From contig OZ199840.1 in the NCBI GenBank assembly GCA_964304625.1, positions 8,911,306 to 8,975,305 of the forward strand: a stretch of 64,000 nt of DNA, in the 5' to 3' direction. Shown one piece after another: positions 38,282 through 50,824 of the stretch (its first letter is position 1; every line of letters begins with the position of its first letter). Source of the DNA: Kudoa neothunni. Lineage: Eukaryota; Animalia; Cnidaria. A model generated the notes under the pieces. That model had not been told where the DNA came from. It saw nothing but the letters and a program-made list of their open reading frames with translations, and searched no databases. The translations under genes were made by a program, and so were the position numbers.

Positions 38282-41200
38282 TAAACGAATTCTAAAGATT
38301 TAAAATTATCATTTATTTATATCGATTCTTATCACTGATTCGGCATGTCTTTTTTATCGTTCATATTGTTGTTATTGTGTAAGTGAAATGTCTAGTTATA
38401 GTTTTTTTTGGATCTATTCAACGACTCACAATAATTGCCATTTGAATAATTCTTTAAATTTAAACCTTGCATAGAAAAATATATTATTGTGATTTATATA
38501 CATTACATGGTAATACATGATAAGAAATTGATTATGAAAGTGGTTACGGTTAATGCAGAAAAAAAATATAATTCTTTTATTCTGAAATATTATATGCATG
38601 TTTAAAGAAAACGTAGTTTAGGTAGTGTATTGTAGAACAGGCTTTATCAATTTTTTTTATTTAAATATTTCATTGTTCCATTTCAAGGGCTATGTATTCC
38701 TGATAAGAAAATATTTTCAACCTAATCATATCTTTTATTTATTTGTCTTTGTGCTCCAATACCTATATATCTGAAAAAATCAACTTCCTAAATAAAATAT
38801 ATAATTTCCAAAAACTAAGATGGTTTCATGATACCTTACGTTATTGCTACCAAAAAAGTATGTGTGCATTTTTTCTTAAACAATTCAACCATTTATTGTT
38901 TATTTTATAATTCAGCAAGTCACATAATCATTATTAAATTATCAATAAGAATATTTATAATCACTAAAATATATTAAAATATATTAAAAAAATTAAAATA
39001 GAAAAAAAAATATTTCTAATGCCTGTTTTCTATACAAAATTTAAAAAATTACCAAAATATTCCATTAGCGATAAACCAATAATAATCACCTCATATCCTA
39101 ACAATTACCAATAACCATATAATATTGTCTATTTTATGTTAGAGAGGTGTATATTTTTTTATATATATTATGTGTAGATATTAAAAATTTATTTATCGAA
39201 TACTATTTGAACCTCGAAATAATGATTAATTCACTCTGTAAATAACGCGATTTTTCAAAATTTTTATATTATTATCATGTTCTCAAGGTTTACCAATTTA
39301 TTATTATTTTTATTAATTTTTATTATATTAATAAAAATTAATTACATAACACAGTATTTATTTGAATAAACTTAGTAGGCCATTTAATTTACATTTTTCT
39401 CATCAGGTTTGTAATACACAAAAGGAATGAAACTATCGAATATCTAAGGATATATGTATATTAACATATTGCAATTATGTAGAGGGAAAAAACTGTCGTT
39501 TTAATCATCTAAATAACATTAAATCTGGCCTCCATTGAGTACAGAGGATTCCTCGCGAACCTCATATTCTAACTTCATTTGTGTTAAAATTGTTTTTTTC
39601 TTAAAAATTCGATAAATATTTGTGACAAAATTAAACTAGTTTATCATTAATTCTGTTTGTTATCTTTCACGCGTGCGTATACATATACAAATGCTCATAT
39701 AAAGATTCAGCCAGTTTTAAATTATACAACTGATTTGAAATATTTAAGTTAATAACGTAAAAGTTCAGAATAATCGACAATAAAGTTATTATAATAAAAA
39801 TTTTATTTTGTTTATTTAAAAAAATGTTTTAAATTGATTATCTAAAAAACCAGATTATACAAAATAAATGCAGCGATCCACAATTTTCCCGCCATACAAA
39901 GTATTTTTAAATATTTTTGTCTAAACAGTTATAAATATATTTTAGAAATATTTTTAATTATGAATGAAAACTAATGTTTACAGAATTATTTTATTTTTAG
40001 AAATTTAACCAACACATTATAGTCAGTATATTATATTAATAATAATCCATTCAGACATTTAATAAAGAAAGAATAAAAAATAATGATTATATTTTATTAT
40101 TAAGGATTTTATGGTTTCAAAAACTGAAATGTCCAACAGATAATGTATCTTATTTCCCACGGATGTCTCAGTCGTTTTGATTAAATTTAACTCTTTTATT
40201 TTTTTTGTTTTATCGATGGGTGAATTATTAGAATAATTTAGTATTGTGTGATTTCTATTAGCGAATTTATTTGATTCCTTCAGGTATAAATAGTATAAAC
40301 AGTAAAAAATAGTATAAATAACTCGGTTCATCAATGTCAATAATGCTTGTGCATTAATTATCTTATTACTTAGAAATTCTTACTTGCTGACACACTGAAA
40401 ACTCGTATACTCACGCAAGCGTATAAACAAAAAACTTTATTAAATGTGGGAACTTTATAATTACCAAATTACACCAAAATTTTGAAAATTTTTATTAAAA
40501 TTTACCCTTATTTATTATTTTTATTTCGAAAAATGTTGTAATTCTACAAATTTTACTGAGATTAAAATTTAAATAACATTTATTCCGAATAAAACAATAT
40601 ATAAATAATGTAATAGCAAATGTGTGAGTTTTTTAGGATTGCAAACCTTAAAAAAAACATTCTCATATTTTCGGTTGGGGTTCGAATAGACATTTACTCC
40701 ATTTGTAGAGGGGAGGGGGGTCAAATTGTTCATAAAAACTTTCCACATTAAAAAAATATATAAAGATTTCTTATGAAGCTTGAACTTTATGAAAGATTAT
40801 TATAACACTGTGTTAATATTATGAGTGTATTTTATGTAAAATTTGAAGTCAATCAAACATGTTTATAAATAATCAATTCATCTCACTTCACCTTACGCGG
40901 TAAACCAATCGCCTTAAAGCAGTATCCAACAACGTATAGACTAGTAGCGTAGTGGCTGGATTCAGGGATGGGGAGGTACACATGTTGACTCACGTCGTCG
41001 TTCATCAACTGTTTCGGTATGATTGCGTTTCAATTTGTAATTTCGAGCGTAACTATAGTGTATTATAAAAGAGGAGATTGAAATAGAGGTTCAATTTGTC
41101 AACATGCACTAGAAGGCATGAAAACATTGTAGGGCAAAAGTTCCGAAGATAGATAGAATTTAGGGGGGTAGTTGATCAAGAAAAGAGCATGTTTCATGGG

Positions 41201-41540
41201 TTGAACAACAACATTACTGCAGAAGTACAAGGAATAGGTGTTACTCGTTGTGCCTAGCGTCCAGCGTTATTTGGGGTGCCCTAATAACCAACCATAAATC
41301 TTAATCCACACCCCACACCTTAATAAATTACGTCTGAAGTTGTCCTTGTATACATGAAAAATGTAGCCTCGGAAACTTATTGATTAGTTTCTAAGCTTTA
41401 AGCTCCATCAAAAATGTTATAAAATAAATTTAGGTTTTTAGCGTATTACAAAATCAAAAACAGTGAGTGAAAGAGTGATGTGTAAAATCAAGTAAAAGAT
41501 ATTCTAAATGTTATTTTGTGTGATTGCTGGAGTATTCTTA

Positions 41541-42435
41541 TTAACGGCAAACGTGTATTGATTGGCAGATTCTACGAAAATCCCGAATACTCATAGGTTT
41601 TCCTTCATTTAAGTGCCCGATTAGATGAGCACCAGAACCAACGGCAATTTTGCACTAATCCAACAAATGTTAATAATGTGTTTATTATAATTATTGATTT
41701 TTAGTTACGGCATTTTTTCCAGTTGTGGTTTCTCTAGCTTTGCATAGTTCTTCTTGCACTTCATCAGTGGAAAAAATGTTTTCAATGTTATGCCTGTTTT
41801 TGATGAGAACCGAATAAGTCGCCTATTCAATAAATAAATAAATTAATAGATGAAATCCCGTATAATCAGAATATAATACTATGCAAACACCACAGTTTGG
41901 GTCACTTCCAGGACCAGTAACTAAATAAATTGGTATATTTCAAGTGAGTTGTTAAAGTGGGAAAAATCCACCGTAGCCGTTTTCGCAGGATGCATGTTCA
42001 TCGCAGACATTGCCCGGATTTATTACATTTTCTAACTCGGTTCTGAATTGTTGTAGCATTTGTTCGTTAGGCTCACACTAAACCAAACAATACACCCAAA
42101 CCAAATTTGTAACAGTACTTACAATTCCAAGAATATAATTAGCTAATTTGCAGATCCATTCGAGGAAACCTTTGACTTTAACTTCCTCATGACGAACATA
42201 ATTCTCAACGTATTCATGCTGGGTAAAATAATGAGGTGCCTTTGTAATAAAATAGTGAATTTTCTAGCAATTAGCAATTATAGAAGTTAGCACTTACAGG
42301 AGGTCTTTCATTATAGTCGGACATATCAGTTATCGCATTGAATCGAGCACAAATAGAGAGTAGCACGACTTACAAAAAGTCATTGATGGTTCAATTTTAA
42401 TGTTATATACCAAAAATAATTAGGTTGCTCGACAT
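41541..42435 (-). CDS. Secreted saposin-like protein, copy 6 (7 exons)
   Basis: MSSNLIIF|VVLLSICARFNAITDMSDYNERPP|APHYFTQHEYVENYVRHEEVKVKGFLEWICKLANYILGI|CEPNEQMLQQFRTELENVINPGNVCDEHASCENGY|VTGPGSDPNCGVCI|ATYSVLIKNRHNIENIFSTDEVQEELCKARETTTGKNA|CKIAVGSGAHLIGHLNEGKPMSIRDFRRICQSIHVCR*. Confidence 0.87.
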
Positions 42436-43213
42436 TGCTAGCTTCAGTTTTTATTTCAAGAGATAAAATATTCAAAAGGCGTTTTATAGTTGGTTATCAA
42501 TGCATATTTTTACGATAATCAATCCAGAATTTATCTATCGGGATAGTCGAATAAAAAATTGATAGTTATATTGTTCGATTTATCAATTTATTATAAGTTT
42601 TTAACAAACTTATCTTATCTTTTCCAAATAATTTCGTTCATACAAAATAAAGGATATTATCTAAATAAAAATTTCAATTATCATGAGATACACATAAATT
42701 ATTTATCACTCAAAAGTATTGCTTGCAGTTTTCAAATAACTTTCTTAGCATATTATCTATATTGATTATTCTTTCCGTGCACCGAAAAATCCAAATTTGT
42801 TTGTATTATATTTTCATCGTTATCCTTTTAAATTTAAATATTAATATAATCTTTCCGATTTATAAACAAAAGTAATGTTAATTTTTTTTAAATATTCGAA
42901 TATTATTTGATAATTATATTTATTACGCATAAATTATTCAACTCAATAATTTCATAGTATAAATATTATAACAATAAAAAAATTCATTATTAATCATATT
43001 TTAATATAGTTTATTAATAATTTATTTGAATTAAAATAAAGAAATTATAATAAATTCCAATACATTTAAATAAAGGCAATTGCTTTTAAAACTAAGAAAA
43101 AAAATCATTTTAAACACCATAAATAATTCTTGATTCCAAAAAATGTAAATAATTCAATATTTTCGAAAAATTCTCATTGGAATTATTAATCTTAGGATTG
43201 CAGGGGGTGAGCA

Positions 43214-44254
43214 TTAGACAACCTCGTCAGTTAACCCTCTGCGAGGACTGTTAATCATGAGTTTTTTAGAATTTGGTGTGTTGTCGTGCATATCATCATT
43301 ATACGTATCGTCATGCATGTCATCATGAGTCCCCTTTTTATCGTAATGTTTGTTGTCATCCTTTTTTTTATTCTTATGATGTCCATCATCGTCATCATCA
43401 TCATTCATGTCGTAGTAGTGATCTGGAAGAATCATCTTTGGCTTGAATTTTTTATGACAGAATCCCATCTTAAAACAAAAATCGGTGGGATGCATCGTTT
43501 CACCATGCATTTCGTATGTGTTGTAGTAGGCTCGAAGACCCAGTTCGCACTAGTGATAATAATTTAATTTTCCATGGTAGATCTAACCGATTTTTTCTCA
43601 AATTACTATTATTTTTTCGTATGAAGTTGGCTGAAATTGACAATGATATTTTATCAGAGAATGTCTTATGTCCGAATTTTTCAAGAGCATCGTAATGTGT
43701 GAATAGGTCTATTATTATATGAAAAAAGTTAGAACCACAATTCTCAGCACCAACACACGTACAATGCATGGAAGACAAGTTATAGAGTCTTTCATTTTTT
43801 TTACTAAATATGAACAGTCCCATTATTCTATAAAAATGAATTAGAGTACCGATATTATCTTCACATTCGGCATAATAGGTGCAAATCGCTTTGGGAGTTG
43901 TTAGCTTGTCCAACAGCTGATCAAGCATCTGCACAAACATAACATCCAATTGACACTTTAATAAACTAACAACAAGTTAATGTATGTGAGGATACTTTCT
44001 TAACATTGTCAGTACAGACATTTTGTAGAGCCAGTAATAGTCGCTCTTTGGTGACAACCTTCAAATGCAGGCCTACTTCTTGGGCAGTGTAAGCGGGGCA
44101 TTTCTAATAGTAAATGTCATCATTGGAAAATACACAATATTTTACGCTGTGAGCAGATGCTGCTCCGAGTATAACACCCAAACAAAGAAAATCTACAACA
44201 AACAAATAAAATATTGTTCGAGATGTGGACAAATTTACCAAACACGGCAAACAT
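43214..44254 (-). CDS. Secreted saposin-like protein, copy 7, with His/Asp/Lys-rich C-terminal tail
   Basis: MFAVF|DFLCLGVILGAASAHS|KCPAYTAQEVGLHLKVVTKERLLLALQNVCTDN|CQLDVMFVQMLDQLLDKLTTPKAICTYYAECEDNI|VKKMKDSITCLPCI|TYSHITMLLKNSDIRHSLIKYHCQFQPTSYEKII|CELGLRAYYNTYEMHGETMHPTDFCFKMGFCHKKFKPK...DMNDDDDDGHHKNKKKDDNKHYDKKGTHDDMHDD...EVV*. Confidence 0.87.
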
Positions 44255-45976
44255 CTCGACGCTCCTACAACCTTTCCAACTATTTTCTCTCAATGGAACT
44301 TCGCCTTTCGTACCCCCTTATATAGTACATTAAGTAACACCTCAACTTTATTGATTTTTAATTCATCTAATGATGTTTCAATTAAATTATACTTTTTAAC
44401 GTATAATAAAGAATTCATTTTAATGGATCATTTATATAACCTTAATATACTTTAAAAATCTTCAATCTTTGTATTAATATTCGATTTACATAATTAGCGA
44501 GCTCTAAATAATGATAATTAAATTGTTATGCTTATATAAACGAATCTAACGCCCATTAGTTTATGAACTGAAAGAATCTGTTGAATACTTATGCTTTATA
44601 AGAACAATAATAAATCCTTTAGCTTATTTGGCTTTCGTAGAGCTATTATTTAATTTGTTCATATTAAAATCGATTTTACTATCGCCATGGCATGTTGTTG
44701 GTATGTATTGTGTTGGAGATCCATTCAGAGCTATCGAATAATTTTCTGAATGTCTTTTCAATGATAATTTCTCTTTGAGTAGTTTTTACACATAACTTAA
44801 GAAAAAATAACGGCCTTTTTCTGATCAAATTATTTCAATAAAAATACTTGTTTACATGAGATTCGTAAATTTATTAATTTATTTATTTGATAAGTGCCAA
44901 ATTTAGCTGTAATGGATAACGTAAAGTTCTTTATTGAGGCTTTTAATTCGAATAGTTAATCAATACCCATAGAGATTATTTTAATTCAAAGAAGCATTGG
45001 ACTTAGCTATCATAAAGTCTCTTGATTAGACCTTTTTAACTTAAACTACTCATCAAATTATATGAGATGCTTCAAATCTCCTTCGTTTTATTGCAGGTTC
45101 TGCAGAAATAATCATTTTTTATTTCATCAAAAAAATAACTCTAAATTTCATTTAGTTTCTATACTCTTGGCTGAATTTAAAAGTTATGATCGGTTATCTC
45201 GAATTAAGTTGGTCTTATAGAAAATATCTGGGAATCCTCAATCACTTCTAATACTTTTGTGATAATATAGGCAGGATATTTTGAAGAAAATAGCCTCATT
45301 TTAAATAAAAATTCTTTAGTTACTTTAGGATTTAAGGATATTTTTGTGCGAAATGATGTAACTTTATATTAAATACTTTGTCCACATTTAAAATTCTAAA
45401 TTTTACATCCTTCTCAATGTAGACTGACCCTAGGTGCATTTTATCCATATTGATAATAAGTATATCATATAATATCATTCGTTACCGAATATTTAAAAAA
45501 TGTGAAAGAATTCTACAGATTGGGCGCGGAATCCCAAGAAACCTCTCCAAACATAAATATTTCCGATCATTTTTTGAACTAAAAAAACCAAATTATCTAT
45601 TTAATATAATAATGTAATGTTTGTTCTTTGAGCTGATTTTATAATATTTGAAATAATATTATTCGCTTATAATGTCAGAATTTTTGGTGACCCACAAATA
45701 TTTCGTAAATTAATCCATATGAATGTAATTCTGAGGATTTTAATGGTTGATCATCAACTATAAATAACGAAAAGTGTCATAAATATATTTATTGGTTGTA
45801 TATCAGAGATTAATAAAAATATCTAGAGTTCCATAAAATATATGGCGAAATTCTGGACCAATTTTACAGTAAAGTTTATTAAAGTCCTTAATTTTATAAC
45901 TTTAAGTGAAAAATTGGCCTAATTTATTAATATTTATTACAGAGAAAAATTTATTTATTTATTTATTTATCAGAGA

Positions 45977-47100
45977 TTTTATGGTAAAATCCGAATTAAC
46001 CCTCTAACGATTTTAGGGTGTATTACACCCCCAACATTATTTGAACTGGTTATTTCTTTTTATCATGTTATTGGCAAACGCTTACTCATGAGCTATTCTT
46101 ATAGAATATTTTGAACTTTCATTTTCGTGAGTTTTGGAAAAATATGTCATATAAGTACATTAAAAAAAATAAAACCTTCTAATGTATTTTGAGGTGTATT
46201 ATAACCTATATTTTTTCGGTTATTAAGGGCGTTATTGCATCTGTTATATTCGAAGAAGTTCCAGATAATTCTATCTAGTGGTAGATTAGTATTTTCCGCA
46301 TCCCCAAAGATAGCTATTCGCAACTCTAGGGGATGCGGGAGTCATTCAAGAATAAATTTAAAAATTAATCCTAGTTTATTCACTTCGAAATTCTCGTTAG
46401 TTCCTATTTAAATTATGTAAAGACGTAATGAGTACAATAATATTTCTGATTGTTTTGATATCCATCAGTTTCGATTCAAAAATGGGATTTTATAATTTAT
46501 TCTGTTTGATTCTGCGGAATAGCGCAGTAAGGTAATAGTTTATATTAAACCTGTTCATTTGACAAAATCAAACTATCGCTATTTTCATGTAAAATCGTAA
46601 CTTTGTTATCTTTCAAAATAACATATTTATATGCTTAAGTTGTAATTAGGTTGTCAGCATTTTTATCTATTTAGAAATAATCTATATCCATAAAAATAAA
46701 ACCACGGTGTAATTTTAACAATATATATTAGTTATTTTATTCAAATATATTTAGTTGGCATATTTTCTGAATCTATTGAATTCTTCTTAAACCATTGCCA
46801 CTATGTTTAAGTTAACATATGACTCAATATAGAATAAGGAAGTCGCTAGATTTAATCAGCACAGGATAGCATATGAAACAAGCTTATCCACTTCACTATG
46901 TAGAGATAATAAGTATTGGAAGTCATTAACCCCCGAAAACGATTTTCGTGTTTCATAATCAAAACAAAATATCCTGCTTTGAATTACTTATGAACATCCA
47001 ACGAGAGCAAGAGGACCGCCAGATCAAATAAATGCCAAATAACGATTGATTTCGAAATAATCTTTTTTATGAACTATACGAGTTGGCTATTTTTATTTGG
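45977..47100 (-). mobile_element. Heavily decayed piggyBac-like element (one terminus recognisable)
   Basis: TTAA|CCCTCTAACGATTTTAGGGTGTATTACACCCC matches the terminus of the 172-1148 family. Weak minus-strand fragments such as 'VIWHLFDLAV'. The other end was not found. Confidence 0.45.
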
Positions 47101-49028
47101 CTCATTTAATTTTCACCTTAAAGTACAGAATTTATTTAAGCGACAATAATTTTTATAGTTTATTATTATGTTTATATTCATTTTTTATGTCTAATATTTT
47201 GGAAGAATTTTAATAGCATTATTTATTACTTTACATAATAATGGTATGTATAAGCAGAATGAATAATAGCTCCAATCATCGAGTGTTAAGTCATGAGGAG
47301 TGAAAAGAAAATGTTCATCCCTTTTTCAATTATACATAGAAAATTTAATTAACCAAAACATTTTGGTTTTAATTTTTTTTAGAAGTAATTGGGGAAATCT
47401 GAAGCTATCAAATAAAATAAACTAAAATAATACAGATTATAGTTTTAAGACATTTTTCATTGGTATTATTATTTTCGCATTTAAATAAAAAGTATAATCC
47501 AGTCTTGACATTCATATGGATGGGGGTGCGAAGTGAACGCGGAAATTAGGATGGGGATACGGGTGTAAAATTTGTAGGGAAACTGTTCTATAGCAAAACC
47601 GTATTATTGATATTTTTTAGTATTAAACATGGTTTATACAAAAAAATTATTTATTATTTGGTTTACACATCTATTAAATATTTTATAAAATTGCATGATC
47701 TTTTATTAATTATACATATATTCGTACTAGCACCGGTAGATTATGTGTGAAAACGCATTCTTTCCATATCTGATTCATTTTTACAAACATAAACCGTGTT
47801 AAATAATATTTGTATAAATCTGTTCCTCAATAACTAACTCATTTCTTTTAATTACTCTATCAATTGAAATCAGCTTGAATTTTCCACTTCGACCGTCTCA
47901 CCAAGTCATAAACTGTGGTTGGCCGGTGAATCATTTATCCTGATTTTAATAATTTTAATAACTTAAAGGATTGTATTTAATTTCGTTGCAATATATACCA
48001 TAAAATGTATTGTGTTGGTGATTTTGGCGCCAAAGATACAGAGTGATATAATCAAAGATTTCGTGATATCCATCAAAAATTGGTACTTTTGATCGTAGAT
48101 TTTTCTCTGTTTCATAAAAACACTAAATCTTATTTGTTTAACCGGAAAAATTGGTATTATTTGTAGTCACGCGACCAAATAACTATAACTACCTAGTTTA
48201 ATTTAAAATAAATTACGAAACTTTTACACCGCTAATATAAAACACATTAGAAAAATAGCATTCAGTATAAAATATTCATACGTCGTATTGTAGAAATCGC
48301 GTACTTTCGTTTATTTATTTTATAATTATTTTTCCAACAAATGATTGAAATAAACTAATTCCGATATCGCAATAAATTACCGAATAACAACTGAGCTAAC
48401 TATAAATTAATTTTTATTATATTCACCGAAAGGTAACACATTTTTTTTGTAAATATATTCGTGCTAGTTGTTATTTTTTTGAATTTTCAAAAAATAATGA
48501 CATGGAATTTATTATTTTTTAGGATTAATCTCAATTATATAACTTGTATATAATATCCTGCTAAATTTTTTTATTTGATATAGATAAAATCAACAAAATT
48601 TTGTCGAAAGTATACCCGACCAATTTTCTGTGAACTTTTATAAGTAGATACGAACATCACCGACATTAACGGAGGGATTAATTCAATTTGATTATCGATT
48701 TTCCTCTGAATATGTAACGTATAATATTGTAATTTAATAGACACAAGTTATGAAAAATTAACTGAGTAAAAATGTGGTTATTTTGCGTTGAAAATTCCAT
48801 TTTATAAAAAAAGTGTGAAACATTACAAACCGTTATTATTATATCAACGAACATTTAATACTTCACTTGAAATTATATTTTTCAATAGTATAACTTTGTT
48901 GCTTAAAAGGGAAATTTCATATAAAAATGAAACTTAATATTGATGCGCAAAAATATACAAATGTGAAACCATAACGTAATCTATTTTGTAATGTTTTTGT
49001 GAGTAAAGTGAATTTCAATGGTAGCTGA

Positions 49029-49870
49029 TCATCCGCATATCCAACGAGCCTTGCAAATGTTGAGATTGCCTAGTAGTTTCTCAATCGATCCTCCAACAAA
49101 TTTCAGGAATTTACCAACAAAGAATGAGCACTAGAGAATCATTCATTCATTCATTCAAAATAGAAAATTATTTAAATTACGAAAGGAATTGGGAGTGAGC
49201 CACACGCTAGTTTGGAGAGAGCGTCTAGAGATGTAACAGTTTTTTTCTTTAGGAGATCAGTGATTGTCTAAAAATAGTTTGGTTTTTATTTTTGCATTAT
49301 AAATACAACGAATTATATACTGTGCAAATTTTGCAAGCAAATGGAATTCCGTATAAAATCACTATATCCAAGCTATATAAAAATTTCCAAACTATACATG
49401 ATGTACCTTTATTGTCATGACAGTAAGCGCCGTCACTGCAAATTTCATTGGCTAAAAGGCTTTCGTTCATTAGTCTTGAGAACTCAACCTTCATGTCACT
49501 AAGAATACTATCCTAATGGATGGTTTTAGATTTCATGCATGATTATAATTATGCATATTTACATATTCAGGGTATTCTTTGACAACTTCAGCTTGATGGT
49601 AATCGTATGACAATAAAATTTGATTCTTGATGTATTCGGAGAATTCTTCCGAAGACATTAAAGCATTGGTGTTTCCGTCCTAATGTATTTGGTAATGAGA
49701 ATATTGCTGTCAAAAATCGCACCAAATTAATTACTAAAAGTGTAAGAAGTTCGTTTGAAGTTGCCTTCACCAATTGTTGTACGATGAAAAACACTTTACA
49801 GTACATAATAACAACAATAACAACCCAGCCTCATCAAAAATATACCACATAAAAATATAACAGCCTTCAT
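49029..49870 (-). CDS. Secreted saposin-like protein, copy 8 (acidic N-domain + cationic SapB)
   Basis: MKAVIFLC|VFFIVQQLVKATSNELLTLL|DGNTNALMSSEEFSEYIKNQILLSYDYHQAEVVKEYPEY|DSILSDMKVEFSRLMNESLLANEICSDGAYCHDNK|VILYGIPFACKICT|TITDLLKKKTVTSLDALSKLACGSLPIPF|CSFFVGKFLKFVGGSIEKLLGNLNICKARWICG*. Confidence 0.88.
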
Positions 49871-50824
49871 CTTCGTATTTTTAATAGAACGATTATATTA
49901 TTCAGATCGAACTTACGCTGATTATATACTAAATCGTTTATCATTATCTCTTACAATTTATCTTTCTACACTTGATATAGGGAATTAAAACATTACTCTT
50001 TTGATGATAAATCATTTTGTTTTCTTATCCATCTATTAGATAAAATTAAAACCTATATCGCACATCTGTTCACCTTTGTACGAGTGTTGAAGATAAAAAT
50101 TCCATATTTTGATTATAACCAAATAGATAAACCTAGACTTTATCTGCTTAAATTAGTTTAATCAATTAAAAGGGTTTAATATTTTTTGATTAATAATTAT
50201 TAAATAGATAAAATTGAAATATTGATAGAATTTAATCGTCGGCTAGGAATCTAAAAATAAATTATCAGTTATAAACACATAATCATAACAATACATTAAG
50301 TGGATTTATTTTCGAGCTAAAAAGTAAAAATCGGCTGAGATTAGTTTTTTAAATAAATTTTAAATTATATCAATCTAAACTTATGATATAATATTATTTA
50401 CTCTATTACAAAGTAAGTTGTATTTAAAGCAAACAAACTATGCATATCCAAATTAATTCTCATCATTTCCACAATTGCATTAAAATCGATAATTAATGAT
50501 TCTAATATAAATAATCGATTTTAATCGATTAAATATTTTTTTAAATTTTATAATAGTTAAGTTGACCTCAAAAATAAATTATATTTTATGATAAAAATGT
50601 ACTAAAAATATGTAAGAAAACCAATACTGATTTTATTTTAATATTTGTAATTTCTAAAAATTTACTTATTATTGAACAATATGTTTTCCCTCCTGAGAAT
50701 GTCAACTTGGCCTGCCGATATTCTTCATGATTAGTTTTAGATGGAAATATCTTATAAAGATTAGTAAGATAGTTAATTAAAAACATCAAAATTTTATTTC
50801 TCCAGCGATATTAATGCACTTTAA

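Noticed and set aside
40900-41300. Locally GC-richer segment, possible exon or TE end
   Set aside because: No open frame, recognisable motif or matching TIR found.
43286-43567. Hydrophobic plus-strand ORF (MHIIIIRIV...)
   Set aside because: Antisense shadow of the Asp/His-rich tail of saposin copy 7.
47700-48130. Possible ninth saposin or other spliced gene on the minus strand
   Set aside because: Splice-like signals are present, but no consistent open frame or Cys pattern could be assembled.
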